Assembly (NCBI GenBank): GCA_963801165.1
Contig: CAWDDT010000006.1
Location: 192,001-256,000 of the forward strand
Reading direction: 5' to 3'
Source of the DNA: an uncultured bacterium
GTDB taxonomy: Bacteria > Actinomycetota > Acidimicrobiia > Spongiisociales > UBA5794
Length of the DNA: 64,000 nucleotides
Shown: one piece after another, positions 56,217-64,000 of the stretch
Numbering within the stretch: the stretch's first letter is position 1
Layout of the letters: every line of letters begins with the position of its first letter
Position numbers and translations under genes: made by a program
The notes under the pieces: generated by a model
What the model saw: only the letters and a program-made list of their open reading frames with translations
What the model was told of the DNA's origin: nothing
The model's database searches: none

Positions 56217-57404
56217 CTACTCGAACGCGGGAATGCCCGTTATTGCCTGGCCCAGGATGAGAGTGTGGATCTCGTTGGTTCCCTCGTAGGTAAACACGGA
56301 TTCCAGGTTGTTCATGTGGCGGATGACCGGATATTCGAGGGTGATCCCGTTGGCGCCGAGCACTGAGCGTGCCTCGCGAGCGACGTCTAGCGCCATCCGC
56401 ACGTTGTCCATCTTGCCGAAAGAGATGTCTTCCACCCCGGCACGGCCCTCGTCCTTCATTCTGCCGATGTGGAGAGCGAGGATCATTCCGCGATTGACCG
56501 CAACCATCATCTCGACCAGCTTGCGCTGGGTCAGCTGGAACGCGGCGATGGGCTTGCCGAATTGCTTGCGCTCGGCGGCATAATCGAGCGCCGCCTCGTA
56601 GCAGGCCCGGGCCGCCCCAACCGCACCAAAGAGGATCCCGAACCGCGCCTCGTTAAGACACGCCAACGGTCCCTTGAGGCCGACGACCTCGGGAAGCACG
56701 GCATCGGCAGGCAGCCGCACGTCGTCGATGACCAGTTCCGAGGTCACCGAGGCGCGCAAGGAGAGCTTCTTGTGCACGTCGTTTGTCGAGAACCCGCGCG
56801 TCCCCTTGGGGACGATGAACCCCCGGATCCCCTCGTCCGTCCGAGCCCAGACGATGGCGACATCGGCGATCCCCCCGTTGGTGATCCACATTTTGGTGCC
56901 GTTTAGTACCCAGTCCGTGCCGTCCCTACGCGCATGGGTCTTCATCCCCCCGGGATCGCTGCCGGCGTCGGGCTCGGTCAGACCGAAACAGCCGATGATC
57001 TCCCCCGCTGCCATCGCCGGCAGCCACTGCTGCTTCTGCTCCTCGGAGCCGAAGGCCCAGATGGGGAACATCGAGAGTGATCCCTGCACCGAAACAAAGC
57101 TGCGTGCACCCGAGTCTCCCGCCTCGAGCTCGGTGCAGGCGAGACCGTATTGGACCGCCGAGGTACCGGCACATTCGTAGCCGTCGAGATGCATGCCGAG
57201 CAGACCGAGAGCACCCATCTCCTTGGCCAGCTCCTTCGGAAAGTACCCCTCCTCGAACCAGTCGGCAACGTACGGCAGCACCCGGTCACCGACCCATTCC
57301 CGGACCGTATCCCGCAGCAGCCTGTCCTCGTCGTCGAGAAGGGCGTCGACGTTGAGGAAATCACGGGGATTCGGGTTCCGCGGGCCAACAACACCTGCGC
57401 TCAT
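56217..57404 (-). CDS. gcdH: Glutaryl-CoA dehydrogenase-like acyl-CoA dehydrogenase
   Basis: RSFVSVQGSL, GCFGLTEPDAGSDP, KLSLRASVT, TYEGT. Confidence 0.85.
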   Translation of the reverse strand: MSAGVVGPRNPNPRDFLNVDALLDDEDRLLRDTVREWVGDRVLPYVADWFEEGYFPKELAKEMGALGLLGMHLDGYECAGTSAVQYGLACTELEAGDSGARSFVSVQGSLSMFPIWAFGSEEQKQQWLPAMAAGEIIGCFGLTEPDAGSDPGGMKTHARRDGTDWVLNGTKMWITNGGIADVAIVWARTDEGIRGFIVPKGTRGFSTNDVHKKLSLRASVTSELVIDDVRLPADAVLPEVVGLKGPLACLNEARFGILFGAVGAARACYEAALDYAAERKQFGKPIAAFQLTQRKLVEMMVAVNRGMILALHIGRMKDEGRAGVEDISFGKMDNVRMALDVAREARSVLGANGITLEYPVIRHMNNLESVFTYEGTNEIHTLILGQAITGIPAFE

Positions 57405-57505
57405 TACTTCTCCTGTCTCGGTGTGCCCACAATGCTACGCACTCCCCACGACACCGGATGGTCATCACCGCCGATGGGCCGTGCCGGCCGCTATCGTCCC
57501 CCGCG

Positions 57506-58522
57506 ATGCCGGAACTCCCACCCCGCCTCCCGCTTGCCATCCTTCCCACACCGCTCGAGCCCGCCGGGCGGCTGAGTGAGGCATGGGGAGGCCCCCGCAT
57601 CTGGGTTAAACGCGACGACCTCACCGGGTTCGGCCTCTCCGGCAACAAGGTCCGTAAGCTCGAGTTTCATTTTGCCGCGGCGCACAACGCCGGCGCCGAC
57701 ACGGTGATCACCTGCGGAGCGATCCAGTCCAACCACGCGAGGGCGACGGCGCTCGCCGCCGCCCGCGTCGGGCTGCGCTCGATCCTCCTACTGCGCCACA
57801 AGCCCGGTCTTACGCCCCGGTTGGAGGGAAACCTCCTCCTCGACGCCCTCGCCGGCGCGCGGATCCGTTTCATCACTCCCGAGCAGTGGCCACACCGTGA
57901 CGCGCTGATGGCTGAGGAGGCGGAGCGCCAGCTGGCCTCCGGTCATCGGAGCTGGGTTATTCCGGAGGGTGCGTCGGACTCCATCGGGATGTGGGGCTTT
58001 GTCCTGGCCATGCGGGAGTTGGCCGACCAGATGACCCGCATCGAGGGACGGCCGGCCGTGCTGTGGCACGCGGCTTCGTCCGGCGGCACAACCGCCGGGA
58101 TCGCCTGGGGAGCCGATCGCCTCAACCTGGCGAACCCAATCGTGGCCTGCTCGATCGGAGATCCGGCGCACGAGATCGAAACCAAAGTTCAATCGATCTG
58201 GCGGGAGGCCGCCTCATCGCTCGGTGCGCCGGTTCCCACCATCTCGGTCGAGTACGACGACAAGCACATCGGCGGTGGGTACGGGGTAGTCAAAGATGAC
58301 GACCTCGCCGTACAGGCCGAGGCGACTGCGCTCACCGGCCTGGTCCTCGACCCCACCTACACGGGAAAGGCTCTCACCGGCCTGAGACGCGAGATCGCGG
58401 CGGGGCGGTTCACCCGGGACGACAACATAGTCTTCTGGCACACCGGCGGCGGGTTCGCCGTGTTCGCCCACGACTTCAGTCGAACAGTCTCTGTTGGGGA
58501 TCCGGTCGAACCACCCGCTTGA
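57506..58522 (+). CDS. D-cysteine desulfhydrase family (PLP)
   Basis: KRDD, GNKVRKLE, QSNH, LDPTYTGK, HTGG; Thr at the two positions where ACC deaminases have Glu and Leu. Confidence 0.88.
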   Translation: MPELPPRLPLAILPTPLEPAGRLSEAWGGPRIWVKRDDLTGFGLSGNKVRKLEFHFAAAHNAGADTVITCGAIQSNHARATALAAARVGLRSILLLRHKPGLTPRLEGNLLLDALAGARIRFITPEQWPHRDALMAEEAERQLASGHRSWVIPEGASDSIGMWGFVLAMRELADQMTRIEGRPAVLWHAASSGGTTAGIAWGADRLNLANPIVACSIGDPAHEIETKVQSIWREAASSLGAPVPTISVEYDDKHIGGGYGVVKDDDLAVQAEATALTGLVLDPTYTGKALTGLRREIAAGRFTRDDNIVFWHTGGGFAVFAHDFSRTVSVGDPVEPPA

Positions 58523-59177
58523 TACCGCTCCAGGGAAGGTAGTCCATGAACACCCAGGAGCGGCGATGGATCGTCGACGGCCCGTACCAGTGAAGAGCTG
58601 CCTTGTGCGCCGGTCCGGGATAGCCCTTGTTGCCATCGAAACGGTACGGCGGGAACTCGTCCGCCATACCGCGCATGATCCGATCGCGGCTCACCTTGGC
58701 CAGAATCGACGCGGTCGCGATGGAGAGCGAGCGGGCATCGCCCTTGACGAGCAGATCGGCTTCACCGTCGAGTACGAAATCCCAGTTGCCGTCGAGCAGC
58801 ACATGATCGAAGTCGACTCCCAGCGATGCGAGCGCACGCTCGGCCGCCAACGAGAGTGCCTCCGACATCCCCAGCTCGTCACATTCGCGATGCGAGGCAT
58901 GCCCCACCGACCAGGCTACGCACCAGTCGGCGAGCCGGTCGAACATGCCCTCTCGCTCGGCCTCGGTCAGCATCTTGGAGTCCCGTACCTTGTAGACACG
59001 GCGTCGTTTGGGGATCACCGCCGCACCGACGCTCACCGGGCCTGCCCAGGCGCCGCGACCCACCTCGTCCATGCCCACCACCACATGCTTGCCGGCGTCC
59101 CACAGTTCGCGCTCGTACAGAAGCGAGGGTGACTTGCCCCGCAGACCGGGACGGAGCTTGGGGACGGAGGTGGTCAT
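58476..59177 (-). CDS. rnhB: Ribonuclease HII
   Basis: GMDEVGRG, RDSK, LDG, VKGD, ASILAKVSRD, NKGY. Confidence 0.95.
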   Translation of the reverse strand: MTTSVPKLRPGLRGKSPSLLYERELWDAGKHVVVGMDEVGRGAWAGPVSVGAAVIPKRRRVYKVRDSKMLTEAEREGMFDRLADWCVAWSVGHASHRECDELGMSEALSLAAERALASLGVDFDHVLLDGNWDFVLDGEADLLVKGDARSLSIATASILAKVSRDRIMRGMADEFPPYRFDGNKGYPGPAHKAALHWYGPSTIHRRSWVFMDYLPWSGIKRVVRPDPQQRLFD

Positions 59178-59178
59178 A

Positions 59179-59718
59179 TCAATTCAGCGTGAGGTCTTCG
59201 GGGAACTGAGCGTACAGGCTGACACGGCCGGGCTGGCGACGCAACACCCGTGACCATAGGTCCGCAGGGTCACCGAATACGTCATCCGAGGTTGCCTCCA
59301 CGATGAACCACGAATCGACGGCGAGCTCGACCTCGAGCTGCCCGGCGCCCCATCCCGAGTAGCCGGAGAACACCCTTATCCGGTCCGGTTGCCGCTCGGC
59401 GTCTGGTGGATCGCTCAGATCGACGAAGCCGATTCCCATTGGTTTTACCACATCGAGCACGCCCTCGCCGAACTCGCCGACACCGATCGCGATCTCGTTG
59501 CTTACTGGACCGCCGACAAACACGACGTCGGGGGCGGAGATCAGATCCTGCCACGCCGGCAAGTGCTGGCTCGCCGACTCGTCGGTGGGACGGTTCAGGA
59601 CGGTACCGACGGCACCGTCGCCCCCGTGCTCGAATACAAACACGACGGTCCGGTAGAAGTTGGGGTCCTGGAGCAGCGGACTGGCCACGAGCAGCCTTCC
59701 GCTGAATGATTCCGCCAT
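59179..59718 (-). CDS. YqgE/AlgH family protein
   Basis: DPNFYRTVV, VLNRP, GGPV, GYSGWGAGQLE. Confidence 0.93.
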   Translation of the reverse strand: MAESFSGRLLVASPLLQDPNFYRTVVFVFEHGGDGAVGTVLNRPTDESASQHLPAWQDLISAPDVVFVGGPVSNEIAIGVGEFGEGVLDVVKPMGIGFVDLSDPPDAERQPDRIRVFSGYSGWGAGQLEVELAVDSWFIVEATSDDVFGDPADLWSRVLRRQPGRVSLYAQFPEDLTLN

Positions 59719-59721
59719 ACA

Positions 59722-59816
59722 ATCGCTTCCGTTCCCCCCGATCGCTTCCGTTCCCCCCGATCGCTTCCGTTCCCCCCGATCGCTTCCGTTCCCCCCGACC
59801 GCTTCCGTTCCCCCCG
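59722..59816. repeat. 19-bp tandem repeat x5 (ATCGCTTCCGTTCCCCCCG)
   Basis: Units start at 59722, 59741, 59760, 59779 and 59798 (last has one mismatch); no spacers. Confidence 0.95.
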
Positions 59817-59876
59817 ACCCTACATCGCCTCGCCGCGATTCCGTCCGTTATCCTCGGTAGTGAGGAGGTGGCACCT

Positions 59877-60506
59877 ATGTACCTGACCAGCCCGAGCATT
59901 TCGGAAGACGCCCCGGTTCCCGGGGAGTATGCGTTTTGCGTACCCGACCCCGACAGCCACGCCACATTCGCCCCGAACCGCAACCCCGAGATCTCCTGGC
60001 ACGATGCCCCCGGCGAGAGCCTCTCGTTCGCCTTGATTTGCCACGACCCCGATGTGCCGACCCGTCCCGACGATGTCAACCAGGAAGGGCGCGAGGTACC
60101 GAGCGACCTTCCCCGCACCGATTTCTTTCATTGGGTGGTCGCCGACATTCCTGCCGACGTGACCTCCATCGCCGCCGGCTCCTTTGCCGACGGTGTAATT
60201 CCGCGCGGCAAGGACGCTACCGCAATTCCGTTCCCGTGCAGGATCGGCAGCAACGACTACACCGGCTGGTTTGCGGGAGATCCGGACATGGAGGGTCGCT
60301 ACTTCGGCTACGACGGCCCCTGCCCGCCCTGGAACGACAGCCTGGTGCATCACTATGTCTTCACCGTGTCCGCTCTCGACGTGGCCACCTTGGCCCTCCC
60401 CGAGGTCTTCACCGGTGCCGACCTCAGGCAAGCGCTCGCAGGGCACGTGCTCGCGAGCGCGGCGATCACCGCTACCTACACCCTCAATCCCCGCCTTTTC
60501 GGATAG
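59877..60506 (+). CDS. YbhB/YbcL (PEBP/RKIP-like) protein
   Basis: HDPDVP, FFHWV, YDGPCPP, HHYVF; GAGGAGG RBS. Confidence 0.92.
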   Translation: MYLTSPSISEDAPVPGEYAFCVPDPDSHATFAPNRNPEISWHDAPGESLSFALICHDPDVPTRPDDVNQEGREVPSDLPRTDFFHWVVADIPADVTSIAAGSFADGVIPRGKDATAIPFPCRIGSNDYTGWFAGDPDMEGRYFGYDGPCPPWNDSLVHHYVFTVSALDVATLALPEVFTGADLRQALAGHVLASAAITATYTLNPRLFG

Positions 60507-60543
60507 TGGGAGCCCCGACGTCGGCGGCTAGCCTGGTAATTTC

Positions 60544-61578
60544 ATGAATCACGCCGAGCTTCGCGATCTCCCGAAGATCGAACTGCACAATCATTTGGAC
60601 GGCGGGCTCCGGGTGGAGACGATCCTCGAACTGGCCGACGCCACCGGCTACCAAGGTCTACCTACCACCGACGCCGATGCCCTTGCCGCCTGGTTCTATC
60701 AGGGCGGCTCCGGCTCGCTCGAACGCTATCTCGCTGCTTTCGCACACACGGTGGCCGTCATGCAGACGGCTGACGCCATCGAGCGGGTCGCTTACGAGGC
60801 CGTGGTCGATCTCGCGGCCGACGGGATCATCTACGGCGAGATCCGATTCGCCCCGGTGTTATCGACCCGGCGCCGGCTGCGTCGTGAGGATGCGATCGAG
60901 GCCACCCTCACCGGATTCACGCGTGCGTATGCGGACACAGGTGTTCGCGCGAATCTGATCGTCGATGCCATGCGCGACCGGCCCGACTCGATGGCCGAGG
61001 CAAGTGCCGCAGTGCGCTTCGCCGACCGGGGCGTGGTCGGGTTCGACCTGGCCGGCCCCGAAGAAGGCTTCCCGGCCTCGGCTCACGCTGAGGCGGTCCG
61101 TCACGCCGCCGACAATGGGTTGCACGTGACCATTCACGCCGGGGAGGGCGCCGGATGGGAGAGCATCGCCGACGCGCTCACCACCTGTAACCCGGAGCGT
61201 ATCGGCCACGGTGTCCGCATCGTCGACGCCCTCGACTCGGACGACCCCACCGCGCAGTCCGTCGCCGCTCGCGTTCGCGACGACAACATCCCACTCGAGG
61301 TATGTCCGACGTCGAATCTCCACACCCTCGGCATGAGCTCCGCCGAGCATCCCGTGGGACGTCTCTACCGGGCGGGATTCAACGTCACGCTCAATACCGA
61401 CAACCGTCTCATGAGCCACGTCACACTCACCGACGAATTCGCGCTTGTCATCGAGCACCAGGCATTCACACTCGACGACCTCGGTGTGGTGACCCGTGCC
61501 GCGGCGAGGGCCGCCTTCGTCGACGAGGGGCTCAAACGCAGACTGCTCGAAGAGGTAGCAGCCGGCTATCCCATCTGA
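60544..61578 (+). CDS. add: Adenosine deaminase
   Basis: PKIELHNHLDG, TIHAGE, RIGHG, EVCPTSN, NTDN. Confidence 0.93.
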   Translation: MNHAELRDLPKIELHNHLDGGLRVETILELADATGYQGLPTTDADALAAWFYQGGSGSLERYLAAFAHTVAVMQTADAIERVAYEAVVDLAADGIIYGEIRFAPVLSTRRRLRREDAIEATLTGFTRAYADTGVRANLIVDAMRDRPDSMAEASAAVRFADRGVVGFDLAGPEEGFPASAHAEAVRHAADNGLHVTIHAGEGAGWESIADALTTCNPERIGHGVRIVDALDSDDPTAQSVAARVRDDNIPLEVCPTSNLHTLGMSSAEHPVGRLYRAGFNVTLNTDNRLMSHVTLTDEFALVIEHQAFTLDDLGVVTRAAARAAFVDEGLKRRLLEEVAAGYPI

Positions 61579-62375
61579 TCATCGAGCCAGGACGCCACGA
61601 ACCCCAGTACCTCCGCTTGTTCCGGCTCGTTGTGGGTTTCATGGCGTAGACCGGCAAACAGTTTGCGCTCGACGTTGTCGAGCGCGGCCAGCGGAGCCGA
61701 CGCCCGTGGCGGCACCAGGGAGTCCTCAGCGCCGTGGATAACGAGCGTAGGCCGGCTCAACCCCTGGTAGCCGTCCCCGAGAGAGTCCATCTCTCCGAAG
61801 AGAATCGCCCCGAAACGGGCGGTCGCCTTTGTCTCCACGAGGGGATCCGCAAAGTACTTCTCCCCCACCGAAGGATCGCGAGACAGCTGCTCACCCTTGA
61901 TCGAGTTCTTCAGACGCAGCCCCGGCGTAATCCGACTGAGCACTTTCGCCGCAAGACGCAATGCCGCGGGTACGTCGGCGGCCAAAGCCGGCGCAGAAAG
62001 CACGTATCGATCTGGCTGCATGCGGGAACTCATCCCGTATGCGGTGGCGATCAGCCCGCCCATGGAATGCCCGTAGATGATTCTGGGGAGGTCGTCGGGA
62101 ATCTCCCCGAACACCCGCTCTACATCGTCGAGGTATTGGTCGAATGACTCCAGGTCGACACGGTCCCCGCCCGAGGCGCCGTGGCCACGCAGGTCGAAGG
62201 CGGTCACGTCGTAACCACGATCTGCAAAGAAGTCCCCGACGTGCCCCCATCGACCCGAATGCTCTCCCACCCCGTGGATGATGAGCATCCTCGCTCGCGG
62301 CGTCGGGCATTCCCATCGCCGCAGCAGCAATCCCAGACCGTCGTTTGCCATGAGCTGTGCAGTTGTGCTGCTCAC
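61566..62375 (-). CDS. Alpha/beta hydrolase (lysophospholipase/monoglyceride lipase-like)
   Basis: HGVGEH, DLRGHG, GHSMGG, HGAED, RHE. Confidence 0.92.
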   Translation of the reverse strand: MSSTTAQLMANDGLGLLLRRWECPTPRARMLIIHGVGEHSGRWGHVGDFFADRGYDVTAFDLRGHGASGGDRVDLESFDQYLDDVERVFGEIPDDLPRIIYGHSMGGLIATAYGMSSRMQPDRYVLSAPALAADVPAALRLAAKVLSRITPGLRLKNSIKGEQLSRDPSVGEKYFADPLVETKATARFGAILFGEMDSLGDGYQGLSRPTLVIHGAEDSLVPPRASAPLAALDNVERKLFAGLRHETHNEPEQAEVLGFVASWLDDQMG

Positions 62376-63109
62376 ACGTCACCTCCCGCTGCCAACGCCG
62401 CGCCGATGATCCCTGCCCGGTTACGGAACCGGGCAGGTCGCACAGTGGCCTGCGTGTGTAGCAGGTCGCTGTAGTCGTCGAACGCCTTCGATATGCCGCC
62501 GCCCAGTATGAAATGGTCCGGCGACAGCACGTCCTCTACGTAATTCATGTACTCGTTGAGCCGGACCGCCCATTCCCGGCGCTCCAGCCCGCCCTCGTCG
62601 ACCAATCGCGGTGCCGCATAGTGCTCGGCGTCCTGGCCCTTGAACTCGATATGTCCCAGCTCGGTGTTTGGTACGAGAATCCCGTTGCGAAACAGAGCAC
62701 TGCCGATACCGGTGCCGAGTGTCAGCAGCAGGACCGTTCCGGTCAGATCTCTTGCCTCGCCGAACGTCTGCTCGGCGATGCCGGCGGCATCGGCGTCGTT
62801 GAGTACAGCGACGGCCGTCCCGTACCGTTTGCTGAGGTCTGCCGCGACGTCTCTCCCGATCCACCCGTGGTCGATGTTCGCCGCTGTCTGCACGACCCCG
62901 GCGCGCACTACGGAGGGGACCGCACAGCCGATCCGTCGCTTCCACTTGAAATGGGCGACAAGGTCGTCGAAGACCTCGTAAACGGCTTCCGGCGTCGAAG
63001 GTTGTGGTGTCGGAATGCGTACGCGCTTGGCCAGCCGCTCCCCGGTGCTCAGATCCACCGGAGCCGCCTTGACGCCGCTCCCTCCAACGTCGATCCCGAG
63101 TGCCTTCAT
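62372..63109 (-). CDS. ppgK: Polyphosphate glucokinase (ROK family)
   Basis: GIDVGGSGVK, RIPTPQPSTP, NDADAAG, TLGTGIGS, PNTELGH. Confidence 0.93.
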   Translation of the reverse strand: MKALGIDVGGSGVKAAPVDLSTGERLAKRVRIPTPQPSTPEAVYEVFDDLVAHFKWKRRIGCAVPSVVRAGVVQTAANIDHGWIGRDVAADLSKRYGTAVAVLNDADAAGIAEQTFGEARDLTGTVLLLTLGTGIGSALFRNGILVPNTELGHIEFKGQDAEHYAAPRLVDEGGLERREWAVRLNEYMNYVEDVLSPDHFILGGGISKAFDDYSDLLHTQATVRPARFRNRAGIIGAALAAGGDV

Positions 63110-63133
63110 CGTCTCCTCACATCTCCCCCGCGG

Positions 63134-64000
63134 TTAGCCAACCGTACCCGCTCGATCGAGGAAGGGGAGTGTGACCGGCTCGACCGCAACCCATTTCCCG
63201 CGCACGTCCATTTCCAGAGAGGCTCCTGGTTCGATGGGCGGGCTCAGATACCCCATCCCGATGCCGACGCCGAGCACCGGGCTGAAGTTGCCGGAGGTCA
63301 CGACACCGATCGACGCACCCGATCTGAGTTCGTAGCCGTGTCGGGGTGGTCGCCGGTCTCCCGCCCGGAACGACACCAGCCTCTTCTTCACCCCTCGATC
63401 GCCCTCCGCCAGAAGCGCCGACTTGCCGACGAAATCGTGATCCCAGTCGACCACCCACCGCAACCCTGCCTCGAGAGGGGTCGTGTCCTCATCGAGGTCC
63501 TGACCCCACAGCGGGTAGCCCATCTCGAGACGCAGAGTGTCCCGGGCGCCGAGCCCGCAGGGCGTCGCGCCCGCCGCGACCAGCGCCTCGAAGAGCTCGG
63601 TCCCGTTCTCGATGGGAACCGCGATCTCTGCCCCCTTCTCACCCGTGTATCCGGTGCCGGCGAACCACATAGGCGCCCCGCGGAAGGTACCCGCACCCAC
63701 CCGGAAGCGACCGGGCGTGACGCCGACCACCTCCTCGAGGACACGCGGCGAGTCGGGCCCTTGCACCGCCAGCAGCACGGTGTCGCTCTGGATGGCCCGG
63801 AGCTCCGTGTCCGGGACGGCCTCGAAGCGGGAGAGCAGGTCGTCGAAGTTGACCCCGTTGGGCATGACCCAGTAATCGTCTTCGGCAAAACGCCACACGA
63901 TGATGTCGTCCACGACTCCCCCGGAAGCATTGAGCGCCATCGTGTACTGGGCTCTGCCCGGCGCGATGTTGGTGATGTCGTTGCACAACTCGCGCCTGAT
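63134..64000 (-). CDS. gcvT: Glycine cleavage system aminomethyltransferase (5' truncated by window edge)
   Basis: GGVVDD, AVQGP, TGYTGE, GLGARDTLRLE, VTSG; frame open to window end. Confidence 0.93.
   Translation of the reverse strand: MRRELCNDITNIAPGRAQYTMALNASGGVVDDIIVWRFAEDDYWVMPNGVNFDDLLSRFEAVPDTELRAIQSDTVLLAVQGPDSPRVLEEVVGVTPGRFRVGAGTFRGAPMWFAGTGYTGEKGAEIAVPIENGTELFEALVAAGATPCGLGARDTLRLEMGYPLWGQDLDEDTTPLEAGLRWVVDWDHDFVGKSALLAEGDRGVKKRLVSFRAGDRRPPRHGYELRSGASIGVVTSGNFSPVLGVGIGMGYLSPPIEPGASLEMDVRGKWVAVEPVTLPFLDRAGTVG

Noticed and set aside
57506-58522. ACC deaminase
   Set aside because: Has DPTYTGK and HTGG rather than the DPVYEGK and HLGG signature
59722-59816. Possible CRISPR array
   Set aside because: Units abut with no unique spacers and there are no cas genes; same for the repeats at 4806 and 42598
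1-64000. tRNA, rRNA, riboswitch, transposase, integrase or phage genes
   Set aside because: None recognised by eye; a covariance-model search (Infernal/Rfam, tRNAscan-SE) would be needed to exclude small RNAs

Overview
A GC-rich, gene-dense bacterial chromosome segment with about 67 CDS. I found no rRNA, tRNA, CRISPR array, intact IS element or prophage. The host is most likely an Actinomycetota, probably Acidimicrobiia (inference from polyphosphate glucokinase, an F420-dependent Ddn-type reductase, Cys-containing SLH repeats and many leaderless TANNNT-N6-8-start genes). Recognisable content: SURF1, HhH-GPD, AlaX, ppk2, ABC-F ATPase, cydABDC, GH94 phosphorylase, threonine aldolase, two MDR dehydrogenases, a secreted esterase, arylamine N-acetyltransferase, a frameshifted aac(2')-I-like gene, kup, hpt, a DUF2271/PepSY/ApbE flavinylation module, two SLH surface proteins, an AlkZ-like glycosylase, ribokinase, HD-GYP, two acyl-CoA dehydrogenases, Maf, rnhB, adenosine deaminase, ppgK and a partial gcvT. 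Best candidates for under-described biology: (1) a divergent PAP2 phosphatase plus pseudo-PAP2/kinase/flippase-like fusion; (2) an orphan divergent UnbU/UnbV-like pair with no enediyne PKS; (3) a small Zn-finger gene and the ppk2 promoter sharing the same 13-bp palindrome; (4) a signal-peptide-less ApbE next to a Tat-exported DUF2271 substrate; (5) an autoregulated MerR gene with a TipA-like internal start. All family calls come from motif recognition by eye, not database searches. Many start codons were moved downstream of the supplied ORF track using RBS or -10 evidence.
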